Notes under the pieces: generated by a model
The model's database searches: none
Told to the model about the DNA's origin: nothing
Seen by the model: only the letters and a program-made list of their open reading frames with translations
Origin: Candidatus Limnocylindrales bacterium
GTDB taxonomy: Bacteria; Chloroflexota; Limnocylindria; Limnocylindrales; CSP1-4
NCBI GenBank assembly: GCA_030647575.1
Contig: JAUSJS010000027.1
Location: 1 to 40,466 of the forward strand
Direction: 5' to 3'
DNA: 40,466 nucleotides
Shown here: one piece after another, positions 25,244-33,593 of the stretch
Position numbering within the stretch: position 1 is the first letter of the stretch
Layout of the letters: every line of letters starts with the position of its first letter
Made by a program: the position numbers and the translations under genes

Positions 25244-25840
25244 GTGATCGCGTCAGTCGAGGGCGTGGTCGGCGCGGTCGCCGCCGATTCACTGGTGATC
25301 GAGGTCGCCGGGATCGGCTACCGGGTCTTCGCCGCCCCGGCGGTTCTCGCCAGCGCCCAGCCCGATGGCCGTCTCAAGCTCCACACCTACCACCTCGTGC
25401 GCGAAGACCTGCAAGCGCTGTACGGGTTTCGGACCGCTGAGGAGCTCGGGTTCTTCAACCTGCTGCTGACCGTGACCGGCGTCGGGCCGAAGGTCGCCCT
25501 GGCAATCGTTGGGAGCCGGCCGACCGCGGACCTCCAGCTCGCCATCATGGCCCAGGACCAGGCGGTGCTCGTGAGCATCCCGGGGATCGGCCGGAAGCTC
25601 GCAGAGCGGGTCATCTTCGAGCTGAAGGAGAAGGTCGCGGCCGCGGGCGTGGCGGTCGGAGGGAGTGCGGCCGCCGGGGCCACCGCCAGCGAAGGCGAGA
25701 TCGTCGCCGCGCTCCAGGCCCTCGGGTACTCGCTGGCGGAGGCGCGCGAGGCGTCCCGGGCGGCGCTGCTCGATGTGGGGGTGGACTCCAACCTGGAGGA
25801 GCGGGTCAAGGCCGCACTCCGGAGCCTGCTCCGGGACTGA
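25244..25840 (+). CDS. ruvA: Holliday junction branch migration complex subunit RuvA
   Basis: The listed ORF 25031..25840 is over-extended with an Arg-rich, non-coding-looking N-terminus. (V)IASVEGVVGAVAADSLVIEVAGIGYRVF... starts at GTG 25244. HhH motifs are LLTVTGVGPKVALAI and IPGIGRKLAERV. Confidence 0.9.
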   Translation: MIASVEGVVGAVAADSLVIEVAGIGYRVFAAPAVLASAQPDGRLKLHTYHLVREDLQALYGFRTAEELGFFNLLLTVTGVGPKVALAIVGSRPTADLQLAIMAQDQAVLVSIPGIGRKLAERVIFELKEKVAAAGVAVGGSAAAGATASEGEIVAALQALGYSLAEAREASRAALLDVGVDSNLEERVKAALRSLLRD

Positions 25841-25876
25841 TCCGGCGCCCGGCCGTGGCCCGGACACGCGAGTCTG

Positions 25877-28800
25877 TCATGAGCTGATCGCCCGGTCCAG
25901 CCCGAGCCGGACGGCGACCGCCGCGGCCTCCGTGCGGGAGTCGACGCCGAGCTTGCCGAGGATGTGCGAGACGTGGACCCCAGCCGTGCTCTCGCTGATG
26001 AACAGGTTGTCCGCGATACGCCGGTTCGTGTAGCCCTCGGCAACGAGGGCCAGGACCTCGCGCTCACGGCCGGTCAATCCGAACGGGTCGGCGGGCGCAG
26101 CGGGCGACGCCTGGGCGCCATCGGTCGCCCCGGCATCCGCAGACGTGAGGTCGATCCGGAGGCGCCGCGCCAGGCTTGCGATCCCGCCGACCAGCAGCGG
26201 CGCGCCGATCGCCACCGCGATCGCATGCGCCTCGCGCAGGGGTTCGGCCGCGGCGTTGGTCTCGCGCATCCCGGCCAGTGCCTCGGCCGTCCGCCACAGG
26301 ACGTACGCCTCCAGGAAGGGTGCCGGCCGCGCCGCGACCGCGGGACGAACTGCGTCCCACCTCGCAGGATCGTCCTCACCCGCTGCACGCGCAAGCTCGG
26401 CAGCGCAGAGCGCCATCCGCCACCCGATCTCGTGGGCGGCGAGAGCGTCCTGCTCGGTCAGTCGGGCGGTCGATGCTCGGTAGCGGTCGATCACGTCGCG
26501 CGCCGCGCTGACCGCATCCTCGGCGGCGGCCGGATCTCGGGCGGCCCGCGCCCTGACGGCCAGATCCGCGGCGGCCTGCACTGCGGGGACGGCAAGCTGG
26601 CCGAGGATGATCGCGTCGTCCATCTCGACGAGACGGTCGAACCCTTCGCGGGCGATCACCAACGCGGCCGACGGATCACCATCCCAGAGTGCGATCTCGG
26701 TCCCGAACGTGTGGAGATCGATGACGAACTGGGCGTCCGCGATACCGCCCGCCTCGGACCGGGCGATCTCGAGATGGCGTCGGGCGGCAGGAAGATCGCC
26801 GGTGCGCACGGCGAGGTGAGCCCGCGTGACATGGAGGTGGATCGTGCTGACGCCCGGCAGCACCCGGGTGACATTCCGCTCGAGCAGCTCAGCCGCCTCC
26901 GGGTATCGCCCTAGCTCGATCAGCATGCCGGCCGCGTTGACCTCCAGAAATGTCCTGAAGCCGAGTTCGCTGCCGTATCGCCGAATGCTCTCTGCTCCGG
27001 CGAGCGAGACCTCGAGGGCTTCTTCGACGAAACCGCCCATCTCGAGCACGCTACCGAGGTTGGCGTGGGCGCGAGGGATCGCGGTGGGATCGTCGGCGGG
27101 ACTCGCGATCGCGAGCGAACGACGCAGCAGGTCGATGCCGCCGGCGATGTTCCCGAGCGTCGCCCGGTCGACACCGAGGATGTTCATCGCGCGCGACTCG
27201 ATACCCTGGTCTCCGATCGTACGGGCGCTCTCGATCGCACGTTCCGCGAACCGGACCGACTCACCGGAGCGTCCGGCCAACATGAGGTTCGCAGCCAGGC
27301 CGGCGAGGACTCGCGCCTGGCCGGTCGACGGCGGAGTCCCCTCGAGCAGCTCCACGGCCTCTTCGAGGAGGCGGATCGAAGTCGCCGTGTCGCCTGCCAG
27401 CCAGGACGCGAAACCGAACCGCTCCCGTGCCCCCGCTCGCCGCTCACGATCGCCGTCCGACCCGGCCGCGCTGTCGACGAGCTCGATCGCCCTCCGAGCC
27501 AGGTTGACCGCCCGGGAGGCGTCGCCGACCAGCGTCGCAGCCGCGCTCGCCGCGTCGAACAGGTCACCGAGGTCACGGTCGGTCGGCCGGTCAGTGACAG
27601 GGACCACATCCCACAGCTCGATCGCCCGCTCGTACTGGCGCGCGGCCTCAGCGTAGGCATAGACGGCCCGTGAGGCGTCGCCCGCCTCGATGGCCGCGCT
27701 GAGTGCTCGCGTGGAATCGTGCGCAGCCGTCCAGTGATGGGCAAGCTCCACGAGCCGGCTGGCCGCGGCAGCGCCACCGCCCGCGGGACGGGCTTCGATC
27801 GCGTGGGCGTAGGCGGCGTGGAGGCCGCGGCGTTCGGATGGCAGCAGTCCGTCGTACGCGGCCTCCTGCACTAGTGCGTGCCGGAACTGATACCGCTCCA
27901 CGACATCGTCGAGGTCGACGACGAGGAGCTGCGCATCGACGGCTTCATGCAGCGCCGCCCCCATCTCGACCTCGGACAAGCCGCAGACGCTCGCGAGGAT
28001 GTTGTGCTCGACCTGCCGGCCGGCCACCGCAGCGACCTCGACGAGTCGCGCCGCGATCTCCGACGTTGCGGACAGGTGGACCAGCAGAACGTCGTGGAGC
28101 GTTTCCGGCAGGCGCTCGCGCCCCTGGCCAGTCTCGTCGACGGCCGCGACGAGTTCCTCGGCAAAGAACGCGTTACCGTCAGATCGCCGGGCAATCGACT
28201 CGACGAGCGTGGCGGCGGGCGGTGCACCGAGGATGGCGGTCAGTAGCTCGACGAGCTCGTCACGCACGAACCTCCTGAGGTCGATGCGCTCGACCCGGGG
28301 CTGGCGCTGGGCCTCGGCCAACCAGGTGGTCAACGGGTGGCGCCGGTGCAGCTCGTCGGTTCGGAAGGTGGCGATGATGAGGAGGCGCTCGTCGCGTGCG
28401 TTGCGCGCCAGGAACGCCAGCAGGTCGCGGGTCGACCGATCGGACCAGTGCAGGTCCTCGATGGCGAGCAGGACCGGGGACGTCTCGCCGAGCCGGCCGA
28501 GCAGCCTCAAGACTCCCTCGAAGATCTGGATCTGTTGCCACGCCGCCTGGGTTGCCGGCAGCGGGGCCTCGCCGGCCGCGTCGGACAGCTCAGGCACGAG
28601 TCTCGCGAGCTCCGGCAGACTGGGTCCGGCCGCGGCCGAGATGCGTTCGCTGTCGACGTCGCGGACGAGGGCGCGGAGAGCTTCGACGATCGGGCCGAAC
28701 GGCATGCCGTCGTCGCCGAGCGCGACCGAGCCTCCCTCGAGGACGAGCCATCCACGATCGCGGAGCCGCCCCGCGGCCTCGGCGACGAGGCGGCTCTTGC

Positions 28801-29002
28801 CGACGCCAGCCTCACCGCCGACCAGCACAAGCGAGGCCTGGCCGGACGCGCCTTCGTCGGCCGTCGAAAGGAGCGTGCTCAGCTCCTTCGAGCGGCCGAC
28901 GAAGACCGGGCTGGACAGACGCCGGGCCATGTCTCGGATGATAGGCCCCTGCTCGCTTCCCCTCCGAACGAGTAGGGGCGGCAACCGTGTGGGATCAGAC
29001 AC
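25877..29002 (-). CDS. Large ATP-binding LuxR-family regulator (LAL/MalT-like STAND NTPase with TPR-like repeats and a C-terminal LuxR HTH)
   Basis: The N-terminal AAA_16-type P-loop is FVGRSKEL...LVLVGGEAGVGKSRL, with Walker B in LLAIEDLHWSD. A long helical repeat region follows. The C-terminus LTGREREVLALVAEGYTNRRIADNLFISESTAGVHVSHILGKLGV is a GerE/LuxR HTH. Start is GTG 29002 or ATG 28930. Confidence 0.88.
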   Translation of the reverse strand: MSDPTRLPPLLVRRGSEQGPIIRDMARRLSSPVFVGRSKELSTLLSTADEGASGQASLVLVGGEAGVGKSRLVAEAAGRLRDRGWLVLEGGSVALGDDGMPFGPIVEALRALVRDVDSERISAAAGPSLPELARLVPELSDAAGEAPLPATQAAWQQIQIFEGVLRLLGRLGETSPVLLAIEDLHWSDRSTRDLLAFLARNARDERLLIIATFRTDELHRRHPLTTWLAEAQRQPRVERIDLRRFVRDELVELLTAILGAPPAATLVESIARRSDGNAFFAEELVAAVDETGQGRERLPETLHDVLLVHLSATSEIAARLVEVAAVAGRQVEHNILASVCGLSEVEMGAALHEAVDAQLLVVDLDDVVERYQFRHALVQEAAYDGLLPSERRGLHAAYAHAIEARPAGGGAAAASRLVELAHHWTAAHDSTRALSAAIEAGDASRAVYAYAEAARQYERAIELWDVVPVTDRPTDRDLGDLFDAASAAATLVGDASRAVNLARRAIELVDSAAGSDGDRERRAGARERFGFASWLAGDTATSIRLLEEAVELLEGTPPSTGQARVLAGLAANLMLAGRSGESVRFAERAIESARTIGDQGIESRAMNILGVDRATLGNIAGGIDLLRRSLAIASPADDPTAIPRAHANLGSVLEMGGFVEEALEVSLAGAESIRRYGSELGFRTFLEVNAAGMLIELGRYPEAAELLERNVTRVLPGVSTIHLHVTRAHLAVRTGDLPAARRHLEIARSEAGGIADAQFVIDLHTFGTEIALWDGDPSAALVIAREGFDRLVEMDDAIILGQLAVPAVQAAADLAVRARAARDPAAAEDAVSAARDVIDRYRASTARLTEQDALAAHEIGWRMALCAAELARAAGEDDPARWDAVRPAVAARPAPFLEAYVLWRTAEALAGMRETNAAAEPLREAHAIAVAIGAPLLVGGIASLARRLRIDLTSADAGATDGAQASPAAPADPFGLTGREREVLALVAEGYTNRRIADNLFISESTAGVHVSHILGKLGVDSRTEAAAVAVRLGLDRAISS

Positions 29003-29228
29003 CCGCCGAGCGGGTCAGACGAAAGGCCCGGCGGAGACCGCCGAGATGGACATGGGCGGCCGCGGAGCTCACCTGCCGAAGAACCTGAGCGAGGCTGATG
29101 CCGCCTCGGGCGAGGCCCGGGGTCTGCGCGCCGCCACTTCGTGCGGCCCGCTCGAGGGCTCGCTGCGTCATGGCCCGCTCGCGATCCTGCTCCACGAGCC
29201 AGAGGTGGGTGTACGGATCCATCTGCAT
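28995..29228 (-). CDS. Small basic hypothetical protein (77 aa) immediately upstream of, and possibly overlapping, the LAL regulator
   Basis: ATG 29228 is preceded by GGGAGA with a 6-nt spacer. Third-position GC is high, like neighbouring genes. The stop at 28995-97 overlaps the candidate GTG start of the LAL gene by 8 nt. No family was recognised. Confidence 0.5.
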   Translation of the reverse strand: MQMDPYTHLWLVEQDRERAMTQRALERAARSGGAQTPGLARGGISLAQVLRQVSSAAAHVHLGGLRRAFRLTRSAGV

Positions 29229-29418
29229 CTCGGATCTCCCGTGTGTTCCGACCTCGAGGCTGAGGTCGTTGCCGACACGCTACGGGGAGTGAGTGGGCGT
29301 CGACATCGAGAGGTCTCCTGATCCGAGCGGGGCTGGACCCTTCATTTCGCCCCGCTCCGAGGAGGGGCGAACCCTTTAGATCACGGGTGCGGTCTTTAGC
29401 CCTGCCGTGGCCCGCTCG

Positions 29419-29895
29419 TCAAGGTCGCCGTCCGGCCAGCGCGTCGGCATGGCGACCGCGCGGATCGATCGAGGCCCGGCCCGATCGCGCCGCCAGCTCG
29501 GCCAGCGTCTCCTTGTCGAGAATCTCGAGCATCGCGTCGCGCACGTCGATCATGGCGTCCCGCAGCGGACAGGTCGCCTCGTCGGGGCAGGAGCACGGCT
29601 CGTAGTAGCGCAGCGAGACACAGCCCATCGGCGCGAGGGCGCCGTCGAGCAGCCGGACGACCCGCCCCATCGAGACGCCGGACGCCTGGGCTGCCAGCGC
29701 GTAGCCCCCATGCGTTCCCAACGTCGTGCGGACGATGCCCGCGTGCTTGAGCGTGGCCATGATCTGCTCGAGGAACTTGACCGGCAGGCGATTCCGGGTC
29801 GCCAGCGTGGTCAGCGGGATCGGCCCCTCGCCCTCATGCCGAACCAGGTCGATCAGTGCGCGAAGGCCGTACTCGGATCGGCGGGAGAGGCGCAT
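29419..29895 (-). CDS. Rrf2-family transcriptional regulator with a C-terminal Cys cluster
   Basis: [18 protein letters not shown]...[38 protein letters not shown] is the canonical Rrf2 wHTH. Cys residues in [23 protein letters not shown] are positioned like the Fe-S ligands of IscR/NsrR-type members. Confidence 0.9.
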   Translation of the reverse strand: MRLSRRSEYGLRALIDLVRHEGEGPIPLTTLATRNRLPVKFLEQIMATLKHAGIVRTTLGTHGGYALAAQASGVSMGRVVRLLDGALAPMGCVSLRYYEPCSCPDEATCPLRDAMIDVRDAMLEILDKETLAELAARSGRASIDPRGRHADALAGRRP

Positions 29896-29901
29896 CCCGG
29901 C

Positions 29902-29907
29902 ATCCTA
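29902..29907 (-). promoter_or_regulatory. Candidate -10 hexamer (TAGGAT on the minus strand) for a leaderless rrf2 transcript
   Basis: TAGGAT lies 6 nt upstream of ATG 29895 with no SD. ATGACC lies 18 nt further upstream as a possible -35. Confidence 0.3.
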
Positions 29908-29976
29908 GCGCGCAATCCCTAGTCCGGTCATGGGACTTCGGCGCATGTGAACATCCGTGCGAAATGGCCTCGGGCG

Positions 29977-29985
29977 TGATAGACT
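29977..29985 (+). promoter_or_regulatory. Candidate extended -10 (TGaTAGACT) for a leaderless ruvB transcript
   Basis: The TGnTAnnnT motif ends 8 nt upstream of ATG 29994 with no SD in between. Confidence 0.3.
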
Positions 29986-29993
29986 CTCGCGCG

Positions 29994-31073
29994 ATGGCCG
30001 ACGAAATCTCGCACATCCTCTCGGCGGACCTCGAGGACGACGCGGATCGCGTCATCGAAGGCACGCTTCGGCCGCGGACGCTCGATGAATACATCGGCCA
30101 GCGCGAGGTCAAGGCCAACCTGTCCGTGCTGCTGACCGCGGCCCGGGGGAGGGGAGAGGCGGCCGATCACGTCCTGCTCTACGGCCCGCCCGGCCTGGGC
30201 AAGACGACCCTGGCCACGATCATCGCCCGCGAGCTTGGCGTGAACGTCAAGTACGCCTCGGGTCCGGCGATCGAGCGTGCCGGCGACCTGGCCGCGATCC
30301 TGACCTCGCTCGACGAGCGCGACGTTCTGTTCATCGACGAGATCCACCGCCTCAACCGAGCAGTGGAGGAGATCCTCTACCCGGCGATGGAGGACTACGC
30401 GCTGGACGTGATGATCGGGAAGGGGCCGTCGGCGCGCTCGCTCCGGCTCAGCCTCAAGCCCTTCACCCTCGTCGGCGCCACGACGCGCGCCGGGCGGATC
30501 AGCTCACCGCTGCGCGACCGCTTCGGGGCGACCTACCGGCTCGACTTCTACGCTGAGGAGGAGCTGGCGGCGATCGTCGAGCGCTCGGCCGCGATCCTGG
30601 ACGTCACGATCGAACCGGCCGCGACCCGCGCCATCGCCCGGCGCGGTCGCGGTACGCCACGAATCGTGAACCGGCTGCTCAAGCGAGTCCGCGATCACGC
30701 CCAGGTCCACGGGAACGGCCAGGTCGACGAGGCCACTGCGACGGCCGCAATGCGGGCCATGGAGATCGACGACGAGGGCCTCGACTCGACCGACCGCAAG
30801 CTGCTCGCCGCGATCATCCAGAAGTTCGCTTCGGGACCTGTCGGGGTGGCGGCCTTGGCCGCCGTCCTGTCCGAGGAGACCGAGACGATCGAGGACGTCT
30901 ACGAGCCATTCCTGCTGCGCCTCGGGTTCATCGACCGGACGCCGTCGGGACGGATTGCGACGGATCTCGCCCGCGCCCACCTGTCTGGCCTCGGGTATGA
31001 GATCCCGCCGCCGCGACGGGCGGACCCGGGCATGCCGAGCCTGTGGGACGAGCCGCCATCGACGGACGCGTGA
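29994..31073 (+). CDS. ruvB: Holliday junction branch migration DNA helicase RuvB
   Basis: [17 protein letters not shown], Walker [15 protein letters not shown], Walker [11 protein letters not shown] and [18 protein letters not shown] are present. Start is ATG 29994, with an alternative in-frame ATG at 29964. The listed ORF start 29856 is an over-extension. Confidence 0.94.
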   Translation: MADEISHILSADLEDDADRVIEGTLRPRTLDEYIGQREVKANLSVLLTAARGRGEAADHVLLYGPPGLGKTTLATIIARELGVNVKYASGPAIERAGDLAAILTSLDERDVLFIDEIHRLNRAVEEILYPAMEDYALDVMIGKGPSARSLRLSLKPFTLVGATTRAGRISSPLRDRFGATYRLDFYAEEELAAIVERSAAILDVTIEPAATRAIARRGRGTPRIVNRLLKRVRDHAQVHGNGQVDEATATAAMRAMEIDDEGLDSTDRKLLAAIIQKFASGPVGVAALAAVLSEETETIEDVYEPFLLRLGFIDRTPSGRIATDLARAHLSGLGYEIPPPRRADPGMPSLWDEPPSTDA

Positions 31074-32245
31074 CGCAGCCCAACCTCGGGCAGGCGGCGC
31101 GCTACGACGTGACGGTCGCTCCGCCGGCGGACGGGTCGACGCGGGCCAGGTTGGGGGAGTTGCGCCTGACCCACGGCCTGGTCGAGACACCCCAATTCAT
31201 GCCGGTCGGGACCAACGCGACGGTCAAGGCGCTCAGCCCGGACGACATCCGGGACGTCGGCGCATCGATCATCCTGGCCAACACCTACCACCTCTACCTG
31301 CGACCCGGCCACGAGCGGATCGAGCGGCTCGGCGGCCTGCATCGGTTCATGGACTGGGATGGGCCGATCCTGACCGATTCGGGCGGCTTCCAGGTCGTCT
31401 CCCTGGGCGACCTGCGGGTCGTCGACGAGGAGGGGGTCACGTTTCGGAGCCATCTCGATGGCTCGATTCATCGCTTCACCCCCGAACACGCGATCGCGGT
31501 CCAGGAGGCGCTCGGGTCGGACGTCGCGGTCGCTTTCGATCAGCCGGTCGTGCCGTCGTCGCCACGAGCGGTCGTCGCCGACGCCACGGCGCGCACCCAT
31601 CGCTGGGCCGAGCGCTCGCTGGTCGCCCACCGGCGGACCGACCAGGCGCTCTTCGGGATCGTCCAGGGCGGGCTCGATCCGGAGCTGCGCGCCGATTCGA
31701 CCCGGTTCATCGCGAGCCTGCCGTTCGACGGGATCTGCCTGGGCGGACTCGCCGGAGACGAAACGCCCGAGCAGCGTGACGCGACGCTCGACCTCGCGGT
31801 GCCGCTCCTGGCCGACGATCCGCGCCCGCGCTACCTGATGGGTCTTGGCTCGCCGGCGGACCTCCTCGAAGCAGTCCATCGCGGCGTGGACCTGTTCGAT
31901 TCGGTGATGCCGGCGCGCGTGGCCCGGAACGGTCAGCTGTGGGTGCCGGGCGGGCGCTTGAATATCCGGAACCAACGATACCTGGACGATCCGGCGCCGA
32001 TCCAGGACGACTGTTCGTGTCTTGCTTGCCGGCGCTTCTCGCGAGCCTACCTGGCCCACCTGTTCCGGGCGAAGGAGCTCCTCGGCTACCGTCTCGCGAC
32101 TTGTCACAACCTGACCTTCACCCTAGACTTCATGGTCAGGATCCGAGCCGCCATTCGGGCCGGAACCTTCCCCGCCGCGATGGCCGCCTTGCGGGTCCGC
32201 GCGGGCCGGGTGAGTGGCGGTGAAGGCGCTGTGAAGTCGGCGTGA
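31070..32245 (+). CDS. tgt: Queuine tRNA-ribosyltransferase (tRNA-guanine transglycosylase)
   Basis: [45 protein letters not shown] and the Zn site [17 protein letters not shown] are present. The chosen start GTG 31070 overlaps the ruvB TGA (GTGA). GTG 31043 is the alternative. Confidence 0.93.
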   Translation: MTQPNLGQAARYDVTVAPPADGSTRARLGELRLTHGLVETPQFMPVGTNATVKALSPDDIRDVGASIILANTYHLYLRPGHERIERLGGLHRFMDWDGPILTDSGGFQVVSLGDLRVVDEEGVTFRSHLDGSIHRFTPEHAIAVQEALGSDVAVAFDQPVVPSSPRAVVADATARTHRWAERSLVAHRRTDQALFGIVQGGLDPELRADSTRFIASLPFDGICLGGLAGDETPEQRDATLDLAVPLLADDPRPRYLMGLGSPADLLEAVHRGVDLFDSVMPARVARNGQLWVPGGRLNIRNQRYLDDPAPIQDDCSCLACRRFSRAYLAHLFRAKELLGYRLATCHNLTFTLDFMVRIRAAIRAGTFPAAMAALRVRAGRVSGGEGAVKSA

Positions 32246-32287
32246 AGCGCCGGTCGGTAACCTTCAGAGAGACGCGGAGGCGAAGCG

Positions 32288-32452
32288 ATGGGCTCGCGAG
32301 ATCGACCGGGCAAAGAGGCCAAGAAGAAGCCGAAGGCCAAGCTGGCGCAGCCCAGCCTGTCGCCGCTGGCGGATCCGCCCCGGAACGTCGAGGTGATCCG
32401 CAAGCCGCGCAAGGAAAAGCCGGTCGTCGAGGACGAATCGGAGGAAGGCTGA
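32288..32452 (+). CDS. Unlisted small ORF, 54 aa, Lys/Pro/Glu-rich hypothetical protein
   Basis: The ORF is absent from the supplied track, which lists nothing shorter than 60 aa. GGAGG (32276-80) lies 7 nt before ATG 32288 and TGA is at 32450-52. The product is [54 protein letters not shown]. 47 of 54 codons end in G/C, matching the local coding bias. Confidence 0.5.
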   Translation: MGSRDRPGKEAKKKPKAKLAQPSLSPLADPPRNVEVIRKPRKEKPVVEDESEEG

Positions 32453-32525
32453 TCGACCGGCGGACGCCATCACGGTCCGCTCCGGCGAGCGGTCCCATGG
32501 ATCGGATGAGGAGCGTGACGGACAG

Positions 32526-33593
32526 ATGGCGATGATCGACGAGCGAAACGCCGAGCGGACCGCGGAGCGGGCCCTGGCCGAACGCGGCAAGGCGGTCGAG
32601 GCCGCGTTGGCCTCGATCGAGAAGCAGTTCGGTCGCGGTGCGATCATGAAGCTCGGCTCACGCGAGAAGCTCCAGATCGACACGATCCCGACAGGCTCGA
32701 TCGCGCTCGACCTGGCGCTCGGCGTGGGTGGCATCCCGCGCGGGCGGATCACCGAGATCTTCGGCCCTGAATCGTCGGGCAAGACGACGGTCTGCCAGCA
32801 CTTCATCGCGGAGGCGCAGGCCCGCGGCGGCGTCGCCGCCTTCATCGACGTCGAGCACGCCCTCGACCCAGGCTATGCGCGGGCCTGCGGGGTCAACGTC
32901 GACGAGCTGCTTGTCAGCCAGCCAGACACCGGCGAGCAGGCGCTCGAGATCACCGAAACGCTGATTCGCTCGGGTGGCATCGACATCGTCGTCGTCGACT
33001 CGGTGGCCGCGCTCGTGCCGCGTGCCGAGATCGAGGGCGAGATGGGCGATTCGTTCGTCGGCATCCAGGCGCGGCTGATGAGCCAGGCCCTGCGCAAGCT
33101 GACGGGCGCCGTCTCGCGCTCCAACACCGCGCTGGTCTTCACCAACCAGCTGCGCGAGAAGATCGGGGTCATGTTCGGCAATCCCGAGGTCACCCCGGGT
33201 GGTCGCGCGCTCAAGTTCTACGCTTCGGTGCGCCTCGACATCCGGCGGATCGAGACGATCAAGAACGGCACGGACTCGGTCGGCAATCGCTGCCGGGTCA
33301 AGGTCGTCAAGAACAAGGTCGCGCCGCCGTTCCGGGTCGCCGAGTTTGACGTCATGTACGGCGAAGGCATCTCGAAGGAGGGCGGGCTGCTCGACGTGGG
33401 CGTGGCCATGGACACGGTGGTCAAGACGGGTGCCTGGTTCACCTTCGACGAGACCCGGCTCGGGCAGGGTCGCGAGGCGGCCAAGGAGTTCCTCAAGGCC
33501 AACGCCCCGATCGCCGCGGAGATCGAGCGCCGGATCCGGGCCAAGATCAACGACGTCGCGATCCCGGTCGAGGGCATCGAAGAGGCCGAATGA
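32526..33593 (+). CDS. recA: Recombinase RecA
   Basis: [46 protein letters not shown] and [21 protein letters not shown] are present. Confidence 0.98.
   Translation: MAMIDERNAERTAERALAERGKAVEAALASIEKQFGRGAIMKLGSREKLQIDTIPTGSIALDLALGVGGIPRGRITEIFGPESSGKTTVCQHFIAEAQARGGVAAFIDVEHALDPGYARACGVNVDELLVSQPDTGEQALEITETLIRSGGIDIVVVDSVAALVPRAEIEGEMGDSFVGIQARLMSQALRKLTGAVSRSNTALVFTNQLREKIGVMFGNPEVTPGGRALKFYASVRLDIRRIETIKNGTDSVGNRCRVKVVKNKVAPPFRVAEFDVMYGEGISKEGGLLDVGVAMDTVVKTGAWFTFDETRLGQGREAAKEFLKANAPIAAEIERRIRAKINDVAIPVEGIEEAE

Noticed and set aside
25877-29002. The large STAND NTPase as an antiviral Avs/NLR-like defence protein.
   Set aside because: The domain order is an N-terminal AAA_16 P-loop, helical/TPR-like repeats and a C-terminal LuxR/GerE HTH. 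This is the classic LAL/MalT-type transcription-factor architecture. No nuclease, TIR, protease or other effector domain is present, and no neighbouring defence genes were found.
32453-32525. Looked for LexA/SOS boxes (GAAC-N4-GTTC Cheo-type, or TCGAAC-N4-GTTCGA) upstream of recA, the 54-aa ORF, yebC/ruvC, ruvA and ruvB.
   Set aside because: No match was seen by eye in any of these upstream regions. The nearest is ccGAACgcgtcgGTTg at 34593-34606, which has the wrong spacing and location. Absence by eye is not proof, so a PWM scan is advisable.
32242-32535. 97-aa ORF listed in the tgt-recA gap.
   Set aside because: It is Arg/Gly-rich, lacks an SD, starts inside the tgt stop region and runs into recA. 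The alternative 54-codon frame (32288-32452) has a GGAGG SD and gene-like codon bias.
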